Positions 19,801-28,896 of a stretch of 64,000 nt of DNA are shown piece by piece. Source of the stretch: a candidate division FCPU426 bacterium (GTDB taxonomy: Bacteria > Oederibacteriota > JAAXVQ01 > JAUVAV01); assembly GCA_040756875.1 (NCBI GenBank), contig JBFLYH010000001.1, positions 576,001 to 640,000 on the forward strand, written 5' to 3'. A program made the position numbers and the translations under genes. The stretch's first letter is position 1, and the number at the start of each line of letters is the position of its first letter. The notes below the pieces were generated by a model that saw only the letters and a program-made list of their open reading frames with translations, ran no database searches and was not told where the DNA came from.

Positions 19801-22359
19801 GGGAACGATGTGCTCGACCGCTGGTGGGAAACGCTCAAACCGGGGCAGCGGGAATGCGTGCGGGAAATCTCCATCACCAGCGCCATGCTGCCGACGGTGT
19901 ACGTGAGCGTGTCGATCCTGCAGCCGCACGCCCAGGTCCGCAATGACCTGCCTCTGCGTTTTTACGGCGTGCTGCCTCTTAAAGTGGAGGACGCCTCGAC
20001 CCGGCGGCCCCTTTCCCTGCGCCTGCCGGAAACGCTCAAACCCAACGAGACTTTCACCGTGGAAGTGCAGAGCGAAGACCGCAAGCCTTATCAGGCCACG
20101 CTGGCCGTGGTGGACGAAGGCCTGCTCGGCCTCACTGCCTTTGCCACGCCGGATCCGTGGCGGTTCTTTTTCCAGAAAATGCGGCTGGCGGTCCGGACGT
20201 ATGACCTGTACGGGTTCGTGATCGGCGCCAACCCGCAGGATCTGGCGAAACTGTTCGCGATCGGCGGAGGCGAGGCGCTGCAACAGCAGCAGAGCGTGGT
20301 CCAGGCCCGCCGCTTCGAACCCGTGGCCCTGTTCCAGGGGCCGCTGCGCTCGGACGCCCGCGGGAAACTGACCGCCACCTTCACGTTGCCGCGCTACATC
20401 GGCGCCGTGCGCGTGATGGCCGTGGCCGCCCAGGGGCAGGCCTATGGCAGCGCCGAAAAGACCGTGACCGTGAGACAGGCGCTCATGGTGCAGCCCACCC
20501 TGCCGCGCGTGCTCGGGCCCGAGGAATCCTTCGAATTGCCGGTGGACGTCATTGCCATGCAAGATGGCCTGGGCCAGGTGGAAGTGGCGGTGGAGACCAG
20601 CGGGCCGGTGTCCGTGTCCGGGGAAGCCGGCCACCGTGTGGAGCTGGCCCGGACCGGCGAGCGCACGGTCCGTTTTCGCCTGCAGACGCCTAAAGCCGTG
20701 GGAGTGGCCAAAGTCACGGTGCGCGCCCGGGCTGGAAAATTCACGGCCGAGGCAGAGACCGAAATCGCGGTGCGGCCATCGGCTCCGCGCCTCACGCGGT
20801 CCCAGACGCTGACCGTGCGCAAGGGTGAAACCGTCCGCCTGAGGATTCCGGATGACGGGCTGCTGGGCACCAACCAGGCCAGCGTGAGCATTCAACGGCT
20901 GCCGCAACTGGGTCTGGAACGGCATCTGCGCTGGCTGATCCAGTATCCCTACGGCTGCCTGGAGCAGACCACCTCGTCGGTTTTCCCGCAGCTGTACCTG
21001 CGGGACTGGCTGACAGATGCCGCCACCACCCGGGAGCGGATCGACCAGAACATCCAGGCCGGGATCGAGCGTCTGAAGCATTTCGCCCTGCCTTCGGGCG
21101 GCTTCAGCTATTGGCCCGGCGGCAGCCAGAGCGACGGCTGGGCCACGAATTATGCCGGGCATTTCCTCCTGGAAGCGAAGAAGAAAGGCTACGCCGTGCC
21201 TGCGGAGCTGCTGGCCAAGTGGCTGCAGTTCCAGCAGTCGCAGGCCCTGCGCACCGAGGGGGATGTCAAGGAGCGGGTTTACCGCGTGTATTTGCTGGCC
21301 TTGGCCGGACAGGCGGCCGTGGGGCCCATGAATTTGCTCAAGGAAAACAATCTGAAGGGCATGGAGGCCGCGGAGCAATGGCTGCTGGCCGCGGCCTATC
21401 AGGCCGCCGGTTCGCCGCAAGTGGCGAGGGAAATCGCCTCCCAGGCGGGGTTCGGCGTGCGCGAGTACACGGAGACCGGCGGCACCTACGGATCAGGGTT
21501 GCGCGACCGCGCCATCATGCTGGAGACCCTGGTTTTGTTCGGACGCCTGGAAAAGGCCCGCGAATTGTTCGAAAGCCTCGGGGAGTCCCTGTCCGCGGAC
21601 AACTGGTATTCCACGCAGACAATCTCCTACTGCCTGCTGGCCATGGGCAAATATCTGCAGGCCTTGGACGCGGATTATGGTTCCAAACGCCCCAGGCTGG
21701 CGGGGTATTTCCAATTGCCGGAGGGGAAGCGGGAAACTTTCGACACCCAGGAAGTCGTCAGGCGCCTGGCCTTGACCAAGGGATTCGGCCAGGAAGTGGA
21801 GGTATACCTGGATCCTAAAGCATCGCAGGACCCGGCTTACGTCACCTTGACCTGGAGCGGCGTGCCCCTGGCCGTGGCCGCCGGGGAAGGCGAGGAAGAG
21901 CGGCTGGCCTTGGGTGTGGACTGGTTTGCCGAGGACGGATCGCCCCTGGATATCGGCGCCGTGCGCCAGGGGCAGAGCCTGTACGGACGTATTTCGGTGC
22001 GCCAATCAGGCGTCTGGCAGCACAATCAAGTCGAGAATCTGGCTTTGGTGCAGATTCTGCCCTCTGGCTGGGAAATCGAAAACCTGCGGTTAAGCGGCGA
22101 GAACCTTCCGGAATGGCTGAACGCGGATTCGCTGGCCGAGGCGGATTATCTCGACATCCGCGACGACCGCCTGATCTGGTTTTTCGGCCGCGTGTCAGGC
22201 CTGGTCCGGCCGTCACAGTTCGTTTTCAAGGCCAATGCGATCACCGTGGGCAAATTTCTGCTGCCGGCCACCCATGTGGAAGCCATGTATGACCATGCTT
22301 ACCGGGCCACGCTGCCGGGAAAACCGGTGGAAGTGCTGCCGGCCCGGAAGAAAGAATGA
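16816..22359 (+). CDS. Bacterial alpha-2-macroglobulin lipoprotein (YfhM type)
   Basis: Lipobox LAGC; SDLGL, DRGVYRPGD, AVVDEGLL, thioester YPYGCLEQ, EAMYD; about 1850 aa. Confidence 0.95.
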   Translation: MPALHLRIACGFLLLLALAGCGPRPVPPAQQGGQGALTLEQARVLSGLPGRYVHYRSPLKFLFARPMVASQVVGQADGRELLVLEPRTPGRAVWRSRTELEFQPGAPLQKFKTYRGELQLSVLVDDPTLAPVSFDFDAVGNEVARLEAEFKPAPESGERKFVFAGKVDFNQPMARETVFRSLSLRGAGGPLALTVEGSDPGQEFTFSAPAVAQTARKQTYELALKAADLDLAADISQTLTVPAARRFQVERIEPLPEGEEAGFRVDFTEALASAANPDGFVKVTPAVSVQLKPMEHKLYVLGDFQANRDYTVEILAGLKDRWGEPLPATYRQQVRFADQKPRLRFVNPGLFLPTDNQQQVAFETLNLKDVHVEVLQVFAGNLGQFMQTETLRNRYAGEVPYFNQYEFRRVGVGVATQKLHIGTQKNKLVTQALDLSRLLDRDRKGLFVVRLWAERADLLYSNQAEREAAEDEEYWNDSYYTNPYKQGYLERHATALLQVVVSDLGLTVKRAGTAYWVFANHLQSTKPLAGVRVRLVSYQNQTLAEGATDLQGLAEFKDVKEDVFYVEGESGGQRSLVKLEDMAWNLSSFDIDGSEGGSGQNRAFVFLDRGVYRPGDAIHLSLIVRNHEGTFPENHPVTVKFYNPRNQLASEATNRQARDGFYAFTLQTQPESLTGDWRAEITAGAAVFHEQIKVETVIPNRLKVALTPAKAVLDPGERELRLSLASSYLYGAPASELQAEVSADVLSDERRFNRFPDFNFTDEAVRFRPWQSAVWEGTLDSAGEAQFAWALPAFGKAPSGLRARLTAKVLEKGGRFTQHWLDVDINPFGRYVGLRRPAMEYGYVAVPQDVQTDVVLVAPDGRPVPGRTLAYRLYRNRQWWWWEYRDDQDRRLKFKTDRSTDLAQEGVVVTGQRPARLALKIEEPGEYLLEVADGDEGHVAGYFFEASRWGETAGSRQDAGDVILKADRDLYHPGDKAVVRFPVPGEGRVLFTLERGNDVLDRWWETLKPGQRECVREISITSAMLPTVYVSVSILQPHAQVRNDLPLRFYGVLPLKVEDASTRRPLSLRLPETLKPNETFTVEVQSEDRKPYQATLAVVDEGLLGLTAFATPDPWRFFFQKMRLAVRTYDLYGFVIGANPQDLAKLFAIGGGEALQQQQSVVQARRFEPVALFQGPLRSDARGKLTATFTLPRYIGAVRVMAVAAQGQAYGSAEKTVTVRQALMVQPTLPRVLGPEESFELPVDVIAMQDGLGQVEVAVETSGPVSVSGEAGHRVELARTGERTVRFRLQTPKAVGVAKVTVRARAGKFTAEAETEIAVRPSAPRLTRSQTLTVRKGETVRLRIPDDGLLGTNQASVSIQRLPQLGLERHLRWLIQYPYGCLEQTTSSVFPQLYLRDWLTDAATTRERIDQNIQAGIERLKHFALPSGGFSYWPGGSQSDGWATNYAGHFLLEAKKKGYAVPAELLAKWLQFQQSQALRTEGDVKERVYRVYLLALAGQAAVGPMNLLKENNLKGMEAAEQWLLAAAYQAAGSPQVAREIASQAGFGVREYTETGGTYGSGLRDRAIMLETLVLFGRLEKARELFESLGESLSADNWYSTQTISYCLLAMGKYLQALDADYGSKRPRLAGYFQLPEGKRETFDTQEVVRRLALTKGFGQEVEVYLDPKASQDPAYVTLTWSGVPLAVAAGEGEEERLALGVDWFAEDGSPLDIGAVRQGQSLYGRISVRQSGVWQHNQVENLALVQILPSGWEIENLRLSGENLPEWLNADSLAEADYLDIRDDRLIWFFGRVSGLVRPSQFVFKANAITVGKFLLPATHVEAMYDHAYRATLPGKPVEVLPARKKE

Positions 22360-24719
22360 AAGCGCCCCGCTGGATTCGCGCGGCAGCCCGCTGGCCCCTG
22401 GGCGTGCGCTGGTTGCTGGCTCTGGCAGCGGCCGGCGGGCTGGCCTGGCTGGCCGTGCCGCTGCCGCATCCGCTTTTTCCGGACGACTACAGCCCCGTGG
22501 TGCTGGATGCGGACGGAAAATTGCTCAGGGTCTTTCTCAACCGCCGGCAGCAATGGATGCTGCCGACTGACCCCGGCCGGCCCGTTCCCGTAAAACTGAA
22601 AGCCGCGGTCCTGGCGTACGAGGACCGGACTTTTTACCGCCATCCCGGCGTAAGCCTGCGCGCGCTGCTGCGGGCCGCGGCCGCCAATTGCAAACACCGG
22701 CGCGTGCGCAGCGGCGCCAGCACGCTTACCATGCAAATCGCCCGCTTGGCGCGCCCCAAGGCGCGCACCCTGCCGAACAAACTGCTGGAAATGGCCCAGG
22801 CGTGCAAGCTGGAGCTCCTCACCTCCAAGGAAAACCTGCTGCGCCTGTATTTGGATCATGCGCCCTACGGCGGCAATATCGTGGGATATCAGGCCGCGTC
22901 CTGGAGATACTTCGGCAAGCCGCCTGATCAGCTGACGTGGTCCGAGGCCGCCACCCTGGCCGTGCTGCCCAATTCGCCCTCCCTGATGACGCCGGTTCTC
23001 AACCGGGAGGCGCTGGTGGCCAAGCGCGGCCGTTTGCTGCGCATTCTGACGCAGCAAGGGCGCATTACGCCCGCAGAGTGCGCCCTGGCCCAGGCCGAGC
23101 CGGTTCCGGACCGCCTCCATCCTTTTCCGCTCCATGCTCCGCACGCTGCGCTGCGTTTGCTCGGGAAACGGAAGGGGTCGCCCGCCGTGCGGAGCTCCCT
23201 GCAACTGGACACCCAGCAGGCGTGCGAAGGCTTATTGCGCCGCCATATGCAATATCTGCGCTCCCTCGGCGTGCGCAATGCCTGCCTGCTCGCGGTCGAA
23301 ACCCGGACCGGGCTGGTGCGGGCTTACGTGGGGTCGCAGGATTTTTTGGACGTGGAGGGCAGGGGGCAGGTGGACGGCGTGCAGGCGCCCCGATCCTCCG
23401 GGTCACTGCTCAAACCCTTCCTCTATGCGGCTGCCATGGACGAAGGGTTGATTCTTCCCGACATGCTGACCTGGGATGTGCCTACGCATTTTTCCGGATT
23501 CACGCCGCAGAACAATGATCTGGCTTTTTTGGGACTGGTCAGCGCGCGCGAGGCCCTGATCCAGTCGCGCAATGTCCCGGCCGTGCGCCTGCTGCACGCC
23601 GTGGGCGTTTACCCTTTTTATTTGTGGCTGGAACAAGCCGGGGTGAGCACACTGTTCCGGAAACCCGAGGAATACGGGCTGGCGCTTGTGCTCGGCGGCG
23701 CGGAAGTCACGCTGTGGGACATGGTTGCGCTCTATTGCGGTCTGGGGCGCGGCGGCCGGTTCGCGCCCCTGCGCCTGGCCCTGTCTGACCCCGGGCCGTC
23801 CGGGAGATTGCTGCTGCTGCCTGGGTCCGACCAACTCCTATTGGAGATGCTTCGGGAGGTCAAAAGGCCGGAAGGGGAGTATTATTGGGAGCAATACAAC
23901 CGCCAGCGCCCCGTGGCTTGGAAGACCGGCACCAGCTATGGCCAGCGTGACGGTTGGGCCGTGGGCACCAGTCCCAACTGGACCATCGGCGTGTGGACAG
24001 GCAATTTTACCGGCGAAGGCAATCCCAACCTGTCAGGCGGGCGTTGCGCCGCCCCTCTGCTTTTCGACTGTTTCAACACCCTGCCTGCGCTGGTTCCGGA
24101 ACACTGGTTTAACGGGGATCCGGGCAGCTTGGTCTCCTGCGCTGTCTGCCGGGAAACGGGATTCCTGGCCGGACCGGACTGCCCCCACCGGGTGGCCGCG
24201 AAGATTCCCAAAGACGCCAAACCTTTTCGCACCTGTCCCTATCACCGCGTGTGCCATTTGTCCCCGGACCGGCGCCATTCCGTGTGCGCCAGTTGCTGGG
24301 ATCCGGAACGGCATCTTGAGGAAGTTCGCCTGGTTTACCCTCCCCAGGTGATGCAGGTACTGCGCCAGCAGGGGAGGGATGTGGCGGGCATCGCTCCTCA
24401 TTTGCCCGCCTGCTCCAGTGTGGAACAGGATTCCGGAATGGAGATCACCTATCCGGCCGAACGCGCCCGGATTTGGATCCCCCGCGGGTTGGCCGGGGAA
24501 CCGCAGCGGGTCGTGGTGCAGGTGTCCCACCGGGACCGCAACCGGAAAGTATTCTGGTATGTCGATAAAAATTTCCGCGGTGAAACCCGCGAACCGCACG
24601 CCCGCGCCTTTCTTCTGGAAACCGGATGGCATACCGTGGACGTGGTGGACGAGTCGGGCCAGCGCCTGCGCCGGACTTTCCAGGTGGCGGTGAAGCCCGG
24701 CCTCCCTGAAGCACAGTAG
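22356..24719 (+). CDS. pbpC: Penicillin-binding protein 1C
   Basis: Transglycosylase EDRTFYRHPGV and GASTLTMQ; transpeptidase SLLK, SRN, KTG; C-terminal BiPBP_C-like domain; ATGA overlap with the A2M gene. Confidence 0.95.
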   Translation: MKAPRWIRAAARWPLGVRWLLALAAAGGLAWLAVPLPHPLFPDDYSPVVLDADGKLLRVFLNRRQQWMLPTDPGRPVPVKLKAAVLAYEDRTFYRHPGVSLRALLRAAAANCKHRRVRSGASTLTMQIARLARPKARTLPNKLLEMAQACKLELLTSKENLLRLYLDHAPYGGNIVGYQAASWRYFGKPPDQLTWSEAATLAVLPNSPSLMTPVLNREALVAKRGRLLRILTQQGRITPAECALAQAEPVPDRLHPFPLHAPHAALRLLGKRKGSPAVRSSLQLDTQQACEGLLRRHMQYLRSLGVRNACLLAVETRTGLVRAYVGSQDFLDVEGRGQVDGVQAPRSSGSLLKPFLYAAAMDEGLILPDMLTWDVPTHFSGFTPQNNDLAFLGLVSAREALIQSRNVPAVRLLHAVGVYPFYLWLEQAGVSTLFRKPEEYGLALVLGGAEVTLWDMVALYCGLGRGGRFAPLRLALSDPGPSGRLLLLPGSDQLLLEMLREVKRPEGEYYWEQYNRQRPVAWKTGTSYGQRDGWAVGTSPNWTIGVWTGNFTGEGNPNLSGGRCAAPLLFDCFNTLPALVPEHWFNGDPGSLVSCAVCRETGFLAGPDCPHRVAAKIPKDAKPFRTCPYHRVCHLSPDRRHSVCASCWDPERHLEEVRLVYPPQVMQVLRQQGRDVAGIAPHLPACSSVEQDSGMEITYPAERARIWIPRGLAGEPQRVVVQVSHRDRNRKVFWYVDKNFRGETREPHARAFLLETGWHTVDVVDESGQRLRRTFQVAVKPGLPEAQ

Positions 24720-24806
24720 CCTTTGCACGCGCGGTTGTGGTAAAATCACTGGGCTTGAGTTCACATCTTCCGCCCGCGCGCTTTCGTCGCGGAGAAAGCG
24801 AGAACC

Positions 24807-25094
24807 ATGAGCTATAAATTGAAAGTCAAACCTGCGGGCAACGAACGCAGGGAGTTTCTCCTCGGGCTCGGCGTTTTTTTCGGCATCTATCTGCTCTCAT
24901 ATATATGGGTGCTTTTCATCACGCCCATCGCCGCTTCGGCGGCCGGCCCGTATGCCTTGATTGCATTTCTGGCGGGCGTGCTGGCTTCCGTGGTGCTGAT
25001 TTTTACGCGCCATTCCCTAGTCGGGCTGGGCGGAAGCCTGGCAGCCATCCTTTACGTGGTTTTTTTCGCGGTCACCTGGCCCCTGGTGCGGTGA
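24807..25094 (+). CDS. Small three-TM hypothetical membrane protein
   Basis: GGAG SD, TGgTAAAAT upstream (24738-24746), three hydrophobic helices, terminator downstream. Confidence 0.75.
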   Translation: MSYKLKVKPAGNERREFLLGLGVFFGIYLLSYIWVLFITPIAASAAGPYALIAFLAGVLASVVLIFTRHSLVGLGGSLAAILYVVFFAVTWPLVR

Positions 25095-25113
25095 CCGGTT
25101 TGTACGAGGAATG

Positions 25114-25145
25114 AAAAGGCGGCCTGACCAGGCCGCCTTTTTTTT
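25114..25145. terminator. Rho-independent terminator, probably bidirectional
   Basis: AAAAGGCGGCCTG-AC-CAGGCCGCC-TTTTTTTT between convergent genes. Confidence 0.9.
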
Positions 25146-25253
25146 CAAAGTGAGTTTGATCCGCAAGACCCGGCCGGAAAACCGGCGGTTTGAAGGCCGG
25201 ACAATCTCGGGGCGGGGATGCCGAGGCTTTTCGGATCCGGAAGCGCGGGCGCG

Positions 25254-26567
25254 TTATGGGGTTTTCGCGCCGCCCGGCACTGCGGCCAAGGCGGCCGGAG
25301 CCGGAACCCGCTCCAGCCTGAAGCAAAAGCGATTGCCCTGGCCGGCTGCTGATTCCACCCAGATCATGCCGCCGTGCGCCTGCACGATGCTGCGGCAGAT
25401 GGCCAGCCCCAAGCCCGAACTGGTCGCGCCGGTGTAGGGGTCTGACTTCAACCTGACGAATTTCTCGAACAACCGTTCCTGTTCGTGGGGGGCCAGCGGG
25501 CGGCCGTGGTCCGACACGCTGAAGAGGACCGAGTGGGCGTCCGCGTGAAGTTCCAAAATGATCGGGCTGTTGCTGGGGGCGTATTTGGCGGCATTGGTCA
25601 GCAGGTTGACCAGCACCTGCAGCAACCGCATCTGGTCCGCCTGCACATAAGCGGGTTCCTCCTGAAGCTTGAACTGCAGGCGCGAGGCCAGACCCGGCAG
25701 GCTGCTGCCCACGGTGACCGCGGCCTCATGCAACAACCTTTGCCCGGAACAAGGACCCATCCGCAAAGTCAGTTTTCCCAGCTCCATCCGGGTCAGATCG
25801 AGCAGGTCGGAAATCAGGCGTTCCATGGCTTCCACGTTGCGGTGCATGCTCGAGACCAGTTCCAGTTGCTCGGGCGCCAGCGCGCCCAGGCGGCCGTCCC
25901 GCAACAATTTGGCGAACCCCAGCAGGGAAGTGATGGGGCTGCGCAGTTCATGAGCCACCATGGACAACCCTTCGGAGCGCGTCAATTCGGCCTGGCGGAG
26001 CTTTTCGTTGGCCTGGCGCAATTGCACCGTGGTCTCCAGCAATTGCTGTTTTTGCATTTCGAGGTATTTCTGCTGGGTTTCGCGCAAACGGGCGTTGGCG
26101 AGGGCCAAACCAGCCTGGTCGGCGAAAGCTTCGCACCATTTCATCTGCCGCGCCAGGAACTGGCCGTGTTTCCGGTTCGCCACTATCAGCAGACCCAGGC
26201 GGCGTTGGCGGTGGCGCACCGGCACGGCCATGAGCGTGCGGATTTCGAATCCCCAGGCAGGGGTCTTCGGCCACCAGGTCTCAGGCTGGGGGTGGTCGAA
26301 GCGCAGCGCTTTCTTTTGCGCCCACAGCCAGGCCTCCCAACCGCGGCGGGCAGGCACCCGGGTCGTCTGAAGGGCATGCCGGGAGCGGGGATGCAACTTG
26401 GATAGGCGCAATTGTCCCGGGCGGGAGTCAGGCGCGATCCACAAGGCGCACTCGGCCTGGAAAAGTTCAGCTGCCCAGTGGAGCAGGGCAGAAACCACCC
26501 GGCGGCTGTGATAGGCGCGGTGCAAATCCTGGCCAGCGGCGGCGATGCGTTCCAACCATAATTTCAA
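25254..26567 (-). CDS. Cytoplasmic GAF-domain sensor histidine kinase
   Basis: GAF (LMAVPV..LGLLIVANR..ADQAGLALANARL), H-box AHELRSPITS, N-box NLLTNAAKY, G2 SGLGLAI; TTG 26567 chosen because the promoter overlaps the longer ORF start. Confidence 0.9.
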   Translation of the reverse strand: MKLWLERIAAAGQDLHRAYHSRRVVSALLHWAAELFQAECALWIAPDSRPGQLRLSKLHPRSRHALQTTRVPARRGWEAWLWAQKKALRFDHPQPETWWPKTPAWGFEIRTLMAVPVRHRQRRLGLLIVANRKHGQFLARQMKWCEAFADQAGLALANARLRETQQKYLEMQKQQLLETTVQLRQANEKLRQAELTRSEGLSMVAHELRSPITSLLGFAKLLRDGRLGALAPEQLELVSSMHRNVEAMERLISDLLDLTRMELGKLTLRMGPCSGQRLLHEAAVTVGSSLPGLASRLQFKLQEEPAYVQADQMRLLQVLVNLLTNAAKYAPSNSPIILELHADAHSVLFSVSDHGRPLAPHEQERLFEKFVRLKSDPYTGATSSGLGLAICRSIVQAHGGMIWVESAAGQGNRFCFRLERVPAPAALAAVPGGAKTP

Positions 26568-26600
26568 GGCGTGATTCCCCCGGTCGGCGTCGTTTCCACC

Positions 26601-26661
26601 ATTATACCGGCGCCATCCGTGCAGGGTCAAGGCTTGACAATTCGGGCGAGTATGAAATAAT
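26601..26661. promoter_or_regulatory. Divergent sigma70-type promoters
   Basis: Minus: TTGACC (26630-26625), 18 bp, TATAAT (26606-26601). Plus: TTGACA (26634-26639), 16 bp, AATAAT (26656-26661) with a TG extension. Confidence 0.6.
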
Positions 26662-26781
26662 GGTGCCTGCGGGCAAACTCGCGATTCTGATTATTACCTT
26701 GTTTCGCCCTGCTTTTCGGCAGACGCTTTCCCTCGAGGCAAAGAGCATATTTCCGGAGCAGGCGGGCATGAGACGTGCAGG

Positions 26782-27180
26782 ATGGTTCCAATCATCATGG
26801 AAGACCCGATAACCAGCGTAATGCGGATGGACGGCGATTTGGAGCTGTTCATCGAGCAGCATGCCAATTCCTTCGTCAAATGGGAAGCGATCAATTATTT
26901 CCATTCGCATCCGGGCGAGCGCATTCCGTTCGACGATGTGGTGCGGATATTGAACCGGCCGTCCAAACCCTTGAAACGCGAGCTTCAGGAACTTAGCGGC
27001 GCCGGGTTGCTGCACGAGGAAAAGGCGGGCCGCAAGACGCTGTTTGCGTACGAACCGGAAACCGTGTCCGCGGAACTCAGGCATACCATGGAGCGGTTCA
27101 TCGCCCTCTGCCAGGACCGCGAAGGCCGGCTGCGCGTGATTTACAAATTGTTGAAGGACGGCAAACCCATCGCTTCGTAA
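26782..27180 (+). CDS. Hypothetical protein, probable winged helix-turn-helix
   Basis: Pattern FDDVVRILNRPSKPLKRELQELSGAGLL..EK..KTLFAY; start uncertain (26782, 26797 or 26821). Confidence 0.65.
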   Translation: MVPIIMEDPITSVMRMDGDLELFIEQHANSFVKWEAINYFHSHPGERIPFDDVVRILNRPSKPLKRELQELSGAGLLHEEKAGRKTLFAYEPETVSAELRHTMERFIALCQDREGRLRVIYKLLKDGKPIAS

Positions 27181-27262
27181 GGGTGACCTCCGGAACGCGG
27201 TCCGAGCGCGTCCGGGGTTTCGGTTTGCACCATTCGGGGCGAACGCCCGAGGAGGACTTTCC

Positions 27263-28852
27263 ATGCCAATCCACTGCGCCACCTCCCGCAACCCGTTCTT
27301 TGCGTTGCGCCGCACGGCTGCGCTGATCACCTTGCTGCCGCTGGTCGCCGCCCTGGGTTGCGGATCATCGGGTTCCGGCAATTCGCAGATTCGCCCGCCG
27401 GCGGTGGCCGGAGCGTTCTATCCGGATAACGCCAAGGAATTGAACGCGCTGCTCAAGAAGGCTTTCCAAAACGCCCCGCCCCCAAAACTGGAAGGCGACC
27501 TCAAGGCGTTACTGCTGCCTCATGCCGGATACGTTTACTCCGGAGTGATCACCGCCATCGGCATGCGGGCCCTGGTTAAGAAAGACGTCGATACGGTTTA
27601 TGTGATCGGCACCTCCCATTATTCCGACGTGGGCGGCGCCTTGGTTTGGCAAGGGCGTGCTTTTCGCACACCGCTGGGCGAATATCCCGTCGACTTGCAG
27701 GCCGTGAGGGAACTCCTAAAAACCTGCCCTCAAATCCATTTGTTGCCGCGGGCCTGGGTCAAGGAGCATTCGGTGGAAGTGCAGGTGCCGTTTCTGCAAA
27801 AGGTCGCTCCCAAGGCCAAACTGGTCCCCATTCTCATGGGAACGGCCACCTGGGAGGAATGCTGGTCCGTGGCCGAAGCCATCGCCGCGCAGGCCAAACT
27901 GCGCAAGGCTGTGATCATCGCCTCCACCGATCTGTCCCATTATCCGGCCTTTGCTGACGCGAATGTCATCGATCGCAAAATGCTTGATGCGGCCGTGGCC
28001 ATGGATCCTCAGCAATTGGACTCGTTGGACCGGGAAATCATGTCGCGCGGCATTCCCAATCTGGCCTGCACCATTTGCGGGCTTTCGGGGCTCAAGACCA
28101 CCCTGATCGCCGCAACGCTGATGGGCGCAAATGACGGGCAATTGCTGCACTACGCCAATTCGGGCGACATCACCGACAAAAAAGGCCAAGTGGTGGGATA
28201 TGGAGCCGTGGCATTCGTGCAAGCGCCCGGACGGCCGGAGAAAAAACTCGCCCGCCCGGGCCGGGAAGACGACCTGAGTTTAACCGAGGCGCAAAAGCAG
28301 GAATTGTTGGCAATCGCCCGCAGTTCCATCACCGAGGCCCTGGCTACGGGCACCCAGCTCGCGCCCACGACCGCGCAGAAAGCGTCGCTGGAACGTCATC
28401 CTGTTTTCGTGACCCTGCGGCGGGGGGGCTATCTGCAGGGTTGCATCGGCCTGACTGAGGCCCGTCTGCCGCTCTATCAGGCCGTGGCCCAGATGGCCTG
28501 CGCCGCCGCTTTTGAGGATCCGCGTTTCAAGCCCCTGCAAGCAGCGGATCTGCCGTATACCGAGATCGAGATTTCCGTGCTGACGCCTTTGAAGCGCATT
28601 TCCGATCCCAAAGAAATCGTCCTGGGCATCCACGGCGTGGTAGTGAAACGCGGAGACCGTTCCGGCTTGTTCTTGCCGCAGGTGGCCACCGAGACCGGGT
28701 GGAGCAAGGAAGAATTTCTGAATCAGCTCTGCCAACAGAAAGCCAACCTGCCGCCGGATGCCTGGCGGGACCGCAAAACGGAATTATATGTTTTCCGCGT
28801 GCTCAGTTTTCAGCAGCCCGGGCCAGCCCAAAAAACCACACCGGCCAAATGA
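27263..28852 (+). CDS. amrB: AmmeMemoRadiSam protein B (MEMO1) - protein A (AMMECR1) fusion with lipoprotein-type signal
   Basis: RPPAVAGAFYP, PHAGYVYSG, EHSVEVQVPF, STDLSHY, VVGYGA; then FVTL..LQGCIG, AAFEDPRF, EISVLT, GLFLPQVA. Confidence 0.92.
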   Translation: MPIHCATSRNPFFALRRTAALITLLPLVAALGCGSSGSGNSQIRPPAVAGAFYPDNAKELNALLKKAFQNAPPPKLEGDLKALLLPHAGYVYSGVITAIGMRALVKKDVDTVYVIGTSHYSDVGGALVWQGRAFRTPLGEYPVDLQAVRELLKTCPQIHLLPRAWVKEHSVEVQVPFLQKVAPKAKLVPILMGTATWEECWSVAEAIAAQAKLRKAVIIASTDLSHYPAFADANVIDRKMLDAAVAMDPQQLDSLDREIMSRGIPNLACTICGLSGLKTTLIAATLMGANDGQLLHYANSGDITDKKGQVVGYGAVAFVQAPGRPEKKLARPGREDDLSLTEAQKQELLAIARSSITEALATGTQLAPTTAQKASLERHPVFVTLRRGGYLQGCIGLTEARLPLYQAVAQMACAAAFEDPRFKPLQAADLPYTEIEISVLTPLKRISDPKEIVLGIHGVVVKRGDRSGLFLPQVATETGWSKEEFLNQLCQQKANLPPDAWRDRKTELYVFRVLSFQQPGPAQKTTPAK

Positions 28853-28896
28853 TGCGGCGGATGCTTGGATGATAACGGGGAGGAACTAACCGCAGC

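Noticed and set aside
18166-21420. 1084-aa minus-strand ORF (likewise 8630-10093, 10274-12259 and 60889-62166)
   Set aside because: Antisense to well-supported genes; expected from GC-rich codon bias; no recognisable motifs
27183-27260. Two GC-rich hairpins before the amrB-amrA gene
   Set aside because: Plausibly a weak terminator or chance GC pairing; insufficient support for a defined element
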